Shown here piece after piece: positions 1 to 18,588 of a DNA stretch of 64,000 nt (position 1 is its first letter; each line of letters opens with the position of its first letter). A program made the position numbers and the translations under genes. This DNA comes from the human T2T-CHM13v2.0 reference genome, Homo sapiens: NCBI RefSeq assembly GCF_009914755.1, contig NC_060946.1; one strand, 5' to 3'. The notes beneath the pieces are model-generated. The model was not told where the DNA came from. It searched no databases and saw nothing but the letters and a program-made list of their open reading frames with translations.

Positions 1-246
1 GTTGTTGAAGTTACTAGTAACAGAATCTTTCTAACTAGAAGATATTCTTTTCTCACTATTGTTCAAGCATGTGTGTCATTTGGAAGAGAGTTCAGTAATA
101 AAATACCTCAGAACTAGAAAGGAAAAACGTATTCAAGAATATAAGAATTTCATTGGAATAATAAACCGATATAGGAAGAAGTAGATCTCAAAGTGAATTC
201 TATTTTCTAACAAAATGAATTTTAAGATAAGTATATTTAATGGCAG

Positions 247-423
247 ATTGACTTTAAAACAAGAATAAGAGAAGAAATGCCAATATATTAAAAGAAAAAA
301 TAGGAAAGAATTAGGAAAATTCGAAGAGCTGCAAAAGAAAAAGTTAGAAGTGAAGCAACTTGAACTCGCTCTCCGAATATACAAGATATGGAATTGAAGA
401 TGGTAAGAAGTAATTTGAATCAG
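247..423 (+). pseudogene. Decayed coiled-coil exon of the ANKRD26/ANKRD30/ANKRD20A family (duplicated gene fragment, ANKRD30BP-like)
   Basis: After acceptor tggcag (241-246), frameshift-tolerant translation gives LTLKQE*EK..NANILKEK.RKELGKFEELQKKKLEVKQLELALRI.QDMELKMVRSNLNQ. This matches the ANKRD30A-type exon as I recall it (LTLNQEEEKRRNADILNEKIREELGRIEEQHRKELEVKQQLEQALRIQDIELKSVESNLNQ). It has an in-frame TAA and several indels, and the donor reads CAG|ctcaatc instead of CAG|gtaaatc. Confidence 0.8.
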
Positions 424-559
424 CTCAATCAATCGCTGGTAAAAATTTTATATTTCTAACTTTATTTCATCAATATTACTTTTAATATCCATTCGATTTA
501 GTAGGTATTATTCAGAATTATGATAATGCCGCTATAATATTTAGGTACAAACTTTTGTA

Positions 560-1440
<881 letters not shown>

Positions 1441-1450
1441 GTTTTCCAAT

Positions 1451-1722
1451 TCAGAAACATAAAATCAAATACTGCATGTTCTTACTTAAAAATGGGAAAT
1501 AAATAATGCGTAAACATGAACAAAGAGTGTAAAATGATAAGACACTGTAGACTCAGAAGGGTGAGGGGTGGGAGGGGGAAGGTTGATGAGAAATTACTTA
1601 GTGGATACAGTGTACATTGTTCCAGTGATAAACACACTAAAAGCTCAGACTTCACTCCTACCCCATATACCCATGTAACAAAATTGCACTTGCACTCCTT
1701 AAATTTATACAATTTTAAAAAA
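1451..1722 (+). mobile_element. L1PB/L1MA-type 3' end
   Basis: aaatactgcatgttcttactta...tgtaacaaaattgcacttgcactccttaaatttata followed by an A-rich tail. Confidence 0.75.
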
Positions 1723-2139
1723 TGGTTTTAGAGTTTTGGTTCTGTGATTAATTTTATAATGTTTTATTGTGGTAAAGCCTATGTAATAAGCTTTGCCGTT
1801 TTAAACATAAAATTCGGAGGCATTAATTACATTCAGAATGTTGTGCAATCATCAAAACTATGTATTTCCAAAATTTTTTTTCACCCCAAACTGAAACTCT
1901 GTACTCATTAAGCAATAACTCCTCATTCTCCCTTTCCTCCCAAGTCCCTGGTAGGAATAAATTTTATGGTATTTTAATTAATTTAAATGTAAAAAACTAA
2001 ATGCAGCTGGTGGCTATCATACTGGACCTCACAGTTCTAACACCACCAGTATCAACCCCTGGACAGATATAATCATTTCTAAGCTGCCTTTGTATTTATT
2101 ATTATTCTATTTATGGTAATCTGTAATCTATTCTCCCAC

Positions 2140-2880
<741 letters not shown>

Positions 2881-2994
2881 AAAGAAGAATCTTATTCATG
2901 TCAAGGTTGTAATCTATGTTAGATTCAAAGAGATAGTCTCCTGACTAAATAGGAGTGTTTCTTTTTGAAGCATGCCTTTAAAAAAAGTGTTGCA

Positions 2995-4645
2995 CATGGT
3001 GGATAAGCTTTTGTATGTGCTGCTGGATTCATTTTGCCAGTCTTTTATTGAGGATTTTCACATCAATGTTTATAAGGGCTATTGGCCTGAAATTTTCTTT
3101 ATTTGTTGTGTCTGTCAGGTTTTGGTATCAGGATGATGCTGCCCTCATAAAATGAGTTAGGGAGGAGTCCCCCTTTTACCATTGTTTGGAATAGTTTCAG
3201 AAGGAATCGTACCCGCTCCTCTTTATATCTCCAGTATAATTCAGCTATGAATCCATCTGGTCCCGGGCTTTTTTTGGTTGGTAGGCTATTCATTACTGCC
3301 TCAATTTCAGAACTTGTTATGGGCCTATTCGGGGATTCTACTTCTTCCTGATTTTGTTGTGGGAGGGTGTATGTGCCAGGAATGTATCTGTATTTTCTAG
3401 ATTTTCAGGTTTATTTGCAGAGAGGTGTTTATAGTATTCTCTGAGGGTAATTTATATTTCTGTGGGATCAATAGTGATACCTCCTTCATCATTTTTTTTT
3501 TGAGATGGAGTCTCACTCTGTCACCCAAGCTGGAGTGCAGTGGTGTTAGCTCACTGCAACCTCCACCTCCGGGGTTCAAGCAATTCTTCTGCCTCAGCCT
3601 CCCTAGTAGCTGGGTCTACAGGCACACACCACCACACCCAGCAAATTTTTGTATTTTTAGTAGAGATGGGGTTTCACCATATTGGCCAGGCTGGTCTCGA
3701 ACTCCTGACTTTGTGATCCACCTGCCTCGGCCTCCCAAAGTGCTGGGGTTACAAGCATGAGCCATCGCACCCAGCCCCCTTTATCATTTTTTATTATGTC
3801 TAATTGATTCTTCTCTTTTTTCTCTGTTAGTCTAGCTAGTGGTCCATTTATTTTGTTAATCTCCTGGATTCACTGATATTTTGAAGGGTTTTTCGTGTCT
3901 CTATCTCTTTCAGTTCTACTCTGATCATAGTTATTTCTTGTCTTCTGGTAGCTTCTGAATTTGTTTACTCTTCTCTAGGTTTTTTAATTGTGATATTAAG
4001 GGGTTGATTTTAGAACTTTCCAGCTTTCTGTTGTGGGCATTTAGTGCTATAACTTTCCCTCTTAACACTACTTCAGCTGTGTCTCAGAGATTCTGGTACG
4101 TTGTCTCTTTGTTCTCACTGGTTTCAAACAACTTTGTTATTTCTGCCTTAATTTCATTATTTACCCAGTAGTCATTCAGAGGCAGGTTGTTCAATTTCCA
4201 TGTAATTGTGTGGTTTTGAGTAAGTTTCTTAATCCTGAGTTCTAATTTGTACATGTACAAATTAGAGTACACCATGGAATGTTATGCAGCCATAAAAAAT
4301 CATGAGTTCATGTTCTTTGCAGGGACATGGATGAAACTGGAAGCGACCATTCTCAGCAAACTAACACAGGAACAGAAAACCAAACAGTGCATGTTCTCAC
4401 TCATAAATGGGAGTTGAACAATGAGAACACATGGACACACGGAGGGGAACATCACACACAGAGGCCTGTCAGGGGTTGGAGGGGAAGAGGAGGGAGAGCA
4501 TTAGGACAAATACCTCATGCATATGGGGCTTAAAACTAAGATTACAGGTTGATAGATGGAGCAAACCACCACAGCACATATATACCTATGTAACAAACCT
4601 GTACATACTGCACATGTATCCCAGAACTTAAAGTACAATTTTTAA
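2995..4645. mobile_element. 5'-inverted L1PA: antisense ORF2 part (2995-4249) plus sense 3' end (4267-4645)
   Basis: Minus-strand ORFs give L1 ORF2 peptides ([13 protein letters not shown]; [21 protein letters not shown]). The sense part runs tacaccatggaat...gcacatgtatcccagaacttaaagta. Confidence 0.85.
3492..3777 (-). mobile_element. AluS inserted in the L1
   Basis: Full antisense Alu with poly(T); imperfect TSD (cttcatcatt / tttatcatt). Confidence 0.9.
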
Positions 4646-4659
4646 AACAGATATAAATA

Positions 4660-5404
4660 TTGTATACATAAAAAAGACACACAATGTTTATGAATAGAAA
4701 GATTTTATATTGTAAAAAATTCATTTCTACTCATTAAATTATGGTTGAATGCAATCCTACTCAAAATCCTATCAGGTAATTTAAAAATTGACAAGCTAAT
4801 TTAAAATTTTTTTGAAAATTTAAAAGGACAAGAAGAACCAAGAAAGTTCTGAAGAAGAACAGATCTCAAGAATGTATACCATCAGATGTCTCCAACTTTA
4901 TTACAATTAAAATAAGATGGTATTAGCAGGACATACAAATAGAGAAACCAAAAACAAACTCATACTTATACCATCACCTGACTTATGACAAAGGTGAAAC
5001 TGCAGTGCAGTGAGGAAATAATAATCTTCTCAATAAATGGTGGTAGATAATTTGGATATCAATATGGGGGAATAAAAGACTTTAACCCCTGTCTTGCATC
5101 ACAAACAAAAATCAATCGTAAGTGGGTTATAAAGCTCAATCTGAAAGGTTAAAAATTAAAAAAAAAGCTTCTGTAACATAGAAGTATACCTTTATGACAA
5201 TGGGGTAGACAGAAATTTCTTAAGCAAGATTAAATAAGCATTAACTACACAGAAAAATTCTGATAAATTGAACTACATTAAAATTAAGAAATTGGTTTTA
5301 ACGAAGTCACCATTAAGAGAAAGAAAAGACAAGTTAAATTGGGAGAATATATCTGCAATGTTTAGGTCCAATCAAAAATTTATATCCAGAATATATAAAA
5401 ATTT
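4660..5404 (+). mobile_element. Old L1M ORF2 3' region fragment
   Basis: aatgcaatcctactcaaaatcc, ttgacaagctaatttaaaattt, tgataaattgaactacattaaaattaag. Confidence 0.65.
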
Positions 5405-5455
5405 CCTACAAATCTTCATATATTCTGGTTATAAACTTTTGATTGGACATAAACT

Positions 5456-8088
<2,633 letters not shown>

Positions 8089-8878
8089 TTATTAAAAATC
8101 ACTGAAATGTACACTTTAAAAAACAAAAAAAAAGAGTGTATTCTATCAGGATTCTGACTAGAGTGCTCTAGAGTATGACATAGGATAGGGAATGTCTTAA
8201 TAAGCTTCAAAATTCTAGGAATAATGAACCTAGGAAAAAAGCTTTGAAAAATGCCAGGGATTCAACTGCCTCCCTGGCCTTTCCCTGCCAATCAATGTGC
8301 CCCAGCACCCAATTTACACAGCACTGTGTGCAGGTTTGTAAATAGACCTTCCAATTCTGCTATAATCAAGACCTTATTGTCCATAACTCAATTTGGAGAA
8401 GGTTTAGCTGTCTGCCAACTCTTGTGCAGAGTTTCTGTGAAGTTTTGTTTTGGGTTGCAAGAATCTGGAAAACAAATGCAGATATTTTTGAGGAAGATTT
8501 TGAAATTTCTATTTACAATGTACCCAAAATGGGATGCAAACTCGAATTTGGTTGATCTTCTGAAATACATACCTGTGTTTTAAGATTTGCTTGAGCAAAC
8601 CTTTAACCATGGAAATTTGAAACAATGATTTCCGGGTTGAAATAATTCCAGTTTTGTCATTTAAATACCGCAAATGAATCTGTTTTAGCACAGGGTACAA
8701 ATATCTTTTTTCCTTTTGTGCATTTGGCAGTAGTGTGTTTTGGTAATAAAACATAGCTCTGCATATTAATGAAACATAGCTCTGCATATTTTGTCTGGGG
8801 AAAATTAGTATTCTGTGAACAAAGTCAACAATTTCTGGCCTCGCATTAGTTTTCCTATTATAATTAAAACTTAGTTTT

Positions 8879-9205
8879 GGCCGGGCGTGGTGGCTCAGGC
8901 CTGTAATCCCCGCACTTTGGGAGGTCAAGGCAGGCAGATCACGAGACCAGGAGGTTGAGACCATCCTGGCTAACATGGTGAAATCCCGTCTCTTCTAAAA
9001 ATACAAAAAAAAAAAAAAAAAAAAAATTAACCAGTTGTGGTGGCGGGCGCCTGTAGTCCCAGCTACTCAGGAGGCTGAGGCAGGAGAATGGCATGAACCT
9101 GGGAAGCAGAGCTTGCAGCAAGCCGAGATCAAGCCACTGCACTCTAGCCTGGGTGACAGAGAGAGACTCTGTCAAAAAAAAAAAAACAAAACAAAACAAA
9201 AAAAC
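8879..9205 (+). mobile_element. AluY-like, with expanded middle A-tract
   Basis: ggccgggcgtggtggctc...; TSD acttagtttt at 8869-8878 and 9206-9215. Confidence 0.92.
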
Positions 9206-9682
9206 ACTTAGTTTTGAAAATATCTTGGTATTAAATTTCCAATGCTTCAATATTATAATGAAAACCTTGCTTTACTGAGAGCAGAAACATAATGCAGAAA
9301 AGAAAAAAGACCAACAGTCTCTAGATTGCTGGATTTATGTGGATATGATGGAGTTGGTGTTTAATGATTTCTCCCTTGAATCATAGCAAAGATGCTTTTG
9401 CGAAGCATAGCTCTTTCATAAATATACTTTCCAACCATTCAGCATTACCTATCTTTTGGTTCCTTTTGCTTTGTGTTTCTGCTCTGATATCATTTCTGGA
9501 AACAAATTACAGTAACAAATTTATTGAGAGCTGGCATTGTGAATTGTGCCTAGGATTTAAGTTGCTTAATACACTGCCCTCCCAAATCAAGAGAAACAGG
9601 CCATTCTGGGACAAACATAGCCTGTCTCACACAGGGGTCAGGAAGCAGAGATATCAGGCAATTGGGACTATGTCTTTATGAT

Positions 9683-11266
9683 AGATATGGTTAGGCTTTG
9701 TGTGCCCACATCTCATCTTGAATTGTAATCCCCATGTGTTAAGGGAGACACCTGGTGGGAAGTGACTGGATCATGGGGGGTGGTTTCCCCCATGCTGTTC
9801 TTGTGATACTGAGTGAATTCTCATGAATTCTGATGGTTTTATAAATGGTAGTTTTTTCTGCACACACACACATGTTCTTTCTCCTGCTGCCATGTAAGAA
9901 GGTCCAGTTTGCTTCTCCTTTGCCTTTTGCCATGATTGTAAGTTTCCTGAGGCCTCCCCAGCTATGAGGAACTGTGAGTCAATTTAACCTTTTTGTTTTA
10001 TAAGTTACCTAGTCTTGGGAAGATTTTTATTGCAGTGTGAGAATGGACTATTACAGTAAATTCATGCTGATAGAGTTGGGTACTGCTATAAAGATACCCA
10101 GCAATGTAAAAGCGACTTTGGATCTGGAGATGGAGATGAGAAACCTATTGGGAACTAGAGCAAAGGTCACTCTTGCTATGCTTAAGCAGAGACTGGCAGC
10201 ATTTTCCCCCTGCCCTAAAGAGCTGTGGAACTTTGAACTTAGATGATCTGAAATTGAAACTTACATTTAAAAGGGAAGCAGAGCATAAAAGTTTGGGAAA
10301 ATTTGCAGCCTGATAATGCTATAGAAAAGAAAAACCCATTATTTGGGGAAAAATTCAAGCCAGCTGCAAAAATTTGCATAAGCAACAGGGAGCCTAATGT
10401 TAATCACCAAGACAATGGGGAACATGTCTCCAGGGCATGTCAGAGACCTTCACAGAAGCCTTTCCCATCACAGACCAGGAGGTCTAAGAGGAAAAAATGG
10501 CTTTGTGTGCCGGGTCCAGGCCTTGCTGCTTTGTGAAGCCTCAGTACTTGGTGCCCTGTGTCCCAGCCACTACATCTGTGGCTAAAAGGGGCCAAGGTAC
10601 AGTTCAGACCATTGCTTCTGTAGGTACAAGCCCCAAGCTTCGTTGGCTTCCATGTGGTGTTGAGCCTGTGAGTGCACAGAAGTCAAGAATTGGGGTTTGG
10701 GAACCTCCACCTAGATTTTAGAGGATGTAAGGAAAAGCCTGGATATACAGGCATAAGTTTGCTGCAGAGGTGGAGCCCTCATGGAGAACTCCATGTTAGG
10801 GCAGTGCAGAAGAGAAATGTGAGGTCAGAGCCTTCACACACAGTCCCCACTGAGGCACTGACTAGTGGAGCTGTGAGAAAAGAGCCACTATTCTCCAGAT
10901 CCCAGAATGGTAGATCAACCAACAGCTTGCATTGTACATCTGGAAAAGCTGCAGACACTCAATGCCAGCCTATGAAAGCAGCTTGGAATGGGGCTGTACC
11001 CTGCAAAGGCACGGGGCAGAGCTGCCCAAGACCATGAGAGCCTACTTCTTGCACCAGTGTGACCTGAATGTGAGACATGGAGTCAAAGGAGATTATTTTG
11101 GAGCTTTAAAATGCAATGACTACCCTGCTGGATTCTGGACTTGCATGGGGCCTTTAGCCCCTTTGTTTTGTCCAATTCTCCTATATGGAATGGGAGCATC
11201 CTCATCCAATGCCTGTACCCTCATTGTATCTTAGAAGTAATTAACTTGGTTTTGATTTTATAGGCC
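9683..11266 (+). mobile_element. THE1 (ERVL-MaLR): 5' LTR 9683-10055 plus internal region, 3' truncated
   Basis: LTR gatatggttaggctttgtgt...gaggcctccccagc..tgtgagtcaatt...gaatggactattaca. Internal motifs agaaaagaaaaacccatt and gagacatggagtcaaaggagat. No second LTR. Confidence 0.9.
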
Positions 11267-12509
11267 ATGCTAATCAGCATTCAGTTCCAGATTCCAATTT
11301 ATTCTCAGTGTGCCTGTATAACTTTTCTTTCCATATATATAGAATTAAATTTCTATTACTTATTTGAATGTTATAGAATACTGTTCATACATTTAAAATA
11401 AAACCACCAGGTATAATGATTTCTGGCTTAGTATAAAAAAGCTTTTACCCAGTTAGTGTTATTTACACAGGTGGATGTGGCTCCACAACATTTAGAGAAG
11501 AAGAATAAATTAAGCTGTCATATGTTGCCATGACTCAGCCTCTGAAGAGGTTATGAAAAAATCCAAATTTCAGCAAAAGTATATGGTTGTTTTCAGTACC
11601 TCTGAAGGTGGTATATCAAGAATTCTCATGCTACTGTTTGAGAAAACAGATTCCGTTGTTACCTAGAAAATCAACTGCAAGACATTTTAATAACCTTACC
11701 CCATGTAAAAAAAAAATACATTGAAAGGTACTAATAAATGCAGACTACATTACTTGAAAAATGGTAATACAGAATACCACTTTTAATATTTGAGAATATG
11801 AATTTTTGGTAGAAATAATGTAAAATAAAGCTTCTGGTAAGCCTTGGGCAGTTAAATTTACATCAGTGTAAAGTAGGATGAAAATCTGTAAAAAATAAAA
11901 ATAAAAAACACACAAAAACCTACACCAAAAAAACCCTAACATCCACCAATGCATACATATTGATCTTTGTGCTGGGAAAATCTAAAGCAGAACATTTTGG
12001 TAAACTTGATCGTTATTTATTTTGACTATATTGGCATGTTGATAAAACTGCTTATATTTAATTTGAGTGAAACATGTCCACATTATTAAAAGTGTTGCTT
12101 TGTACTATGAATGATGGATGTAAAGTCTTGATCCTCATCCAAATAAATATGGCAACACTTTCTTCTGCTTCTTTTGAGCTGAGGCATTATGAAAGCTCAA
12201 ATTTGAAGTGAGAGGGACTTAACATCAGAGCCTGAGAAACCAAGAAGAATAAGGTAGGATGGTCAGCTCTGAAGCTCAGGGTGGCCTGGGGAAACTCAAT
12301 ATAATGATGTCAACTATGAAGCTTACTGGGTAAAACTACAAATAGGCTGATCTCATTTTACAAAGGTAAGTCAACACTCCCATTTCCAAGAAAGTAAAAA
12401 ACAAAACAAGCAAATAAAACTAAAAATACAAACTTGAAAACATCATGGCTTAAATTTGGTGGGAAGAAGCCTCTGGGATCAAAAATACTTGTGCCAAAAG
12501 AATTGAGCC

Positions 12510-12810
<301 letters not shown>

Positions 12811-13379
12811 GAATTGAGCCAGAATAAAATGTATTTAAGGGTTATTAAGGGGAATGTTTCCAGCACATAAGTAATTGTTCCACATCATATTATATTATAT
12901 TAGGCAATATACTTTCATGTAATATCAGCTTCTCAAGACAGGGATGTCAAAGAGAAACTAAGACAAGTGCCTAATATGTCATTGGCATTTTGTTCTCAAA
13001 TTTAACAAACTTGTAATGATTATATAAATTTTACTGAACTGTGTTTTATGTATAAACCTCACCTAAAGGCATTATCCAGTACATACAACCTTCAGTCTTT
13101 TCTGGGATGTTCTGTTGCCTGATTTCAAATCAAACTTATTGAAATTCTAGCAATTTCTCCAGTCCCAGATGTAAAAATAAAAAAGCAGAAATAAAGCCAA
13201 ATTACCCCCAAAAGAATATGCATTATACTTATAGAACAAATGAACCCAAAACCACATAAGGTAAACAACAAAGCTACTGGTTCAAAATTAAGCCTAACTT
13301 CAACAGTACCAGGCAAAAACCATTTGTAAAAATTACCAAAGTCAAAATACAGAAACCTTTAGTCTATTATGCCTATAAA

Positions 13380-14447
13380 TATCATGGAACCTGCCCCGAT
13401 AGTCACGTAGGTTCTTTTCTATTTTCCCTAAGTGTCAACTGGTTTGAGAAATAAAGGGAGAGAGTACAAAAGTGGGAAATTTTAAAGCTGGGCATCCAGG
13501 GGAGACATCACGTGTCAGTAGGTTCAGTGATGCCCCCCAAGCCGCAAAACCAGCAAGTTTTTATTAGGGACTTTCAAAAGTGGAGGGAGTGTACGAATAG
13601 GGTGTGGATCATAAAGATCACATACTTCACAAGGTAATAGAATATCACAAGGCAAATGGAGGCAGGGCAAGATCACAGGACCACAGGACCAGGGCAAAAT
13701 TAAAATTGCTAATGAAGTTTCAGACACCATTGTCATTGACAACATCTTATCAGGAGACAGGGTTTGAGAGCAACCTGTCTGACCAAAATTTATTAGGCAG
13801 GAATTTCCTCTTCCTAATAAGCTTGGGAGTTCTACAGGAGACTGGGGTTTATTTCATCCCTAAAGTTTTGACCATAGAAGATGGTTACACCCAAGGGGGC
13901 CATTTGTAGTCCCACCCTCAGGGGTGCATTCTCTTTCTCAGGGATGTTCCTTGCTGAGAAAAATAATTCAGTGATATTTCTCCCATTTGCTTTTGAAAGA
14001 AGAGAAATATGGTTCTGTTCCACTTGGATCACCAGTGGTCAGAGTCTAAGGTTATCTCTCTTATTCCCTGAACAATTGCTGTTATCCTGTTCTTTTTTCA
14101 AGGTGTCCAGATTTCATATTGTTCAAACACACAGGCTCTACAATCTGTGCAGTTAACGCAGTTATCACAGGGTCCTGAGGTGACATATGTCCTCCTCAGC
14201 TGACAGGATTAAGAGATTAAAGTAAAGACAGGCATAAGAAATCACAAGGGTATTGACTGGGAAAGTGATAAGTGTCCATGAAATCTTAACAATTTGTGTT
14301 TAGAGATTGCAGTAAAGACAGGCATAGGAAATTATAAAAGTATTAATTTGGGGAACTAATAAATGTCCATAAAATCTTCACAGTCCCCATTCTTTTGCCA
14401 TGGCTTCAGCCGGTCCCACCGTTTGGGGTCCCTGACTTCCCACAACA
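13380..14447 (-). mobile_element. MER11 solo LTR (HERV-K11/HML-8)
   Basis: The reverse complement starts tgttgtgggaagtcagggaccccaaacgg...ccggctgaagccatggcaaaagaa and ends cctacgtgactatcggggcaggttccatgata. It is ~1.07 kb, has an internal gtaaagacaggcata repeat, and near-identical flanks tataaa/aataaa. Confidence 0.88.
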
Positions 14448-14644
14448 AATAAAAAACTAGCATTAAATATAACGTTAAATATAACAGAACATATACAATT
14501 ACAATAAAGTATTTTTAAATGGTAATCTTATTTACAAATATTTACCATATTTAGACAAGACTTTTAATGAAAAATACTTATAGCTACAATGTATGATTAA
14601 AACAGCCCTGGAAGAAATATTAATTCTATTAATAATAAAGATTA

Positions 14645-14944
<300 letters not shown>

Positions 14945-15743
14945 TCAAGGTTGTTGTATAATTTATCCTGGACACACAGCTAATGACCCAAATCAAGCTC
15001 AGATGTGTTTGATTTTAAAATTCTCCCTTTTCCACTGTGGACAATGTTGATGTAACAGTTAAATCTTGGTCTCAGAGTTGGTGGTTGGGAATAAATCAAG
15101 GCAAGTACTATTATGCTTTGTTTTGTATTCTTTATCACCAACATTTTCTTCTCTAATATGTCAGTATTTACATTTGGACCACAGCTGACTTTTACTGAAG
15201 TCTACTATAAAACATGGCTAAATTGAAAATTAATGTGATCACAAAATGATTTGTCATGAAAGCAGGTATATTTTTCAAGTTTCAGCTCAGTCACAAATTT
15301 GTATCTATTTGAATTTTTTGAAAATTTCTGACATATACTCAAGTAAATATCAAATGTATTGTTTTATTCAATTTTTTGGATTCAATTAAAAAGTAATTTA
15401 TATTCAAGTTTGTTGTTATATTTACTTTTGACCAAATTTGACTTTCCAAACAGGAAAAGCTAAAGCATTTTTTTCAAAGGTTCAAGGGACTTAAGCTTAC
15501 TGGCATCAAATGTTCTGTAGTAAAACAGGCAAATAAAACCTAACATTTTTATCAATAATAATTTAATAGTTTTATGTCTGAGAACCTAAGAATCAAAGAC
15601 ATCAACTCCAGATGATGTCAATTGCATAATTACACTGGTAAGATAGAAAATGATTATCAGAGTCTATCAAATGATGGATATGGCAACCTAACACTTGACA
15701 AAACCATTCAGGATGTGTTAGATAAACAAGAAGGTACTACTAA

Positions 15744-16070
<327 letters not shown>

Positions 16071-17387
16071 CAATTTTACTCTTTATTCTCAACCTTACAA
16101 CCATCAGATACTCATGTACACAGAATAATAAAAATCAACTTTTTTTCCTTGAAGGCAATGTTTCGTCTTGTATTTTATAATATCTGTTCCACATTGCTGT
16201 GACAATGCTGTTGAAGTGCACCTTCCTTCTTTCACCAAAAGATCACCTGTGTGAATTTGAATAGATGGTCACTGGAGGGGACCAGCTTGGCACACTGGAT
16301 TGAATTGTCTCTTTGCCTTTCAGGCAAAGTGGCTTTGAAAAGACTGAAAATAAAGTGTCTGCTGCTTAAGCAGATGGCTTGCCATGTAAATAGGACAATT
16401 GTTTGAAAATCCACATCGCATGAACTACAACTATTAAAATGTGAAATGCATGATGCAAATAGTGCACAAAAAATAGAATGAAAATGATCAATATAGCCAT
16501 AAAAGACAGCCAAACTCCATTTTAGCAATAAAGTAAAATATAATCTGCTGTCAGGGAAGGTAATTTGAAGTACTTGAGATGTTCTTTAATTTAAAAATCC
16601 AAAAATATTTTTAGCTTTAGTTACTATAAAACATGTTTAAGCATTTTCCATTTGAAATAAAATTTTAATTTCATGCTTTGTCAGTTTAGTTTCCCTAAAT
16701 AAACAGAAAATAGTAAAATATCGCATACTAAAAAAATCAACTTCTTTGGTAATAAATCAGTTCAACTGTCAGACCAAAACATAGTTACATTTTACCCAAT
16801 GTCATGCTGACCAATTTGATCAAATGCCACTTCCTTATAACTAAGAGGGATGCAAAGATGTAGATTTTATGTTGAGTGAGACAGGTAAGGATTACTAGGA
16901 GTTAGATAATTGTTTTACTAATAAAGGTCGATTTTCATTACTATTTTGTTTCTATGTTAATTAATGGTCTTGATTCAAGAATTTTTTTTAAAAAACTCAT
17001 CTTCTCAGTCAGGCAAAATATTAACAAAAAGGAATAGAAATGAAGGCATTTAACACAGTCATAGTTTACATTTTAAAATTAAAATATTTCTAGAAATAAC
17101 AAAAAAAGAAAAAATATAAAAACAAATGAACTTAATTTTTGGTGCAAAGCACTCATTACTAAGCCTAACACAAATATTTTGGTAAAGGCTTTCTGACACT
17201 GACATTCTTCTCCTGACTTAAAAGAGCCACTAATTTTACTTTTGACATATATTTAGTTTTAATGTTAAAAGCTAAAAGGAGCCTATTATTTTATTTATAA
17301 TTGGTGGTCTGCATGTACATCGCCATCCATTGAGTCGACTAAAGTTTCTCAAAACTTCAGAAACAGTAACATAAGAATACTTTTTCC

Positions 17388-17562
17388 AGCCATGCATGGT
17401 GGCTCACGCCTGTAATCCCAGCACTTTGGGAGGCCGGGGTGGGGGGAATCACCTGAAGTCAGGCATTCGAAACCAGCCTGATGAACCTGGTGAAACACCA
17501 TCTCTACTAAAAATACAAAATTAGCTGGGCGTGGTGGCACATGCCTGTAACCCCAGCTACTC
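17388..17562 (+). mobile_element. 3'-truncated AluS
   Basis: Left arm, linker and start of right arm; ends abruptly at cccagctactc. Confidence 0.85.
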
Positions 17563-18588
17563 CTTCAATGACCACATGTGAAGTTTCTTTTGAACTAATT
17601 ATAACTACCTATTTTTATTGCTTTTTTGCTCCTATTAGAAAAAAATATTAAAGTTCCTGTTACTACAAACACAATCTATTCAAATCTAAGCATAGTGCTT
17701 ATCTTAAAAGATCTATATGCTTGGAATTATGGAAATCCTATTCTCCATTTAAAATACTGCTTTTCAGTAAGCCAAATGGGGCAACTGTGGCTCACAATCA
17801 TAAGTTATTAAATATTAATACCATCATCTAGTTGGAACTTTTAGTTATCTGCATGTTCAAATGGTTTTAACTTATAATAAGTCAGAAACTATAATTTTTT
17901 ATAAACTATAAAAATAAACAAAAAATATATTTATCAATGCATTTTTTTTCAGTTTTAAAATACTTAGCCCCAGGATTATTTCTAGTTGACATAACACTAG
18001 ATTTCAGATGATGTGGATGTAGAAACTAGAAACGTCCTGGTTGACTCTGCTTCACTTTCTGCCTTCATTTAGCACACAAACATAGCAGCACAACGAAAGC
18101 CAGCAATGCTACCCCTTTTGAAAAGCACACCAGTGCCCTTCTAGGGAGAATATATGTGTGAAAAGATGCATCTGAAAGTCAGGCCATGTTCTCTTTTATT
18201 TACAGACTTATATATGACAAATAATACAAATAAAAATTTAACACTGCCATATAATCAGAAAATTATTCTAAAAATTCCTTCTGACACATTATTCTTTTTC
18301 ACCAAAATGGTTGTGATGAAATGATTGCCTTTGCAGGACGGTTGTCTTAAATAACCAATACTCCCGTTTCATTGTTCTTGAACTTTAACCATAACGCTTT
18401 CATGCTTTTTCTAGAAATTTTATTTCCTAATTATGTCACTTAGGTATGATTACCATAGCTTCATATTTTCAAAAACGGTTCTAAAAAAACTTAAACCACT
18501 GACCATCTTTGTTTCCCAAAGGAGTAGACTAATAAATTAACACTATCATCTAGCATACTGTAAATAGATGAAAAATAATGATGTAGAG

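Noticed and set aside
11445-11720. Extra exons flanking 11600-11662
   Set aside because: The implied introns are only 58 and 37 nt, too short for normal spliceosomal introns.
14220-14385. ~90-bp direct repeat
   Set aside because: Internal feature of the MER11 LTR.
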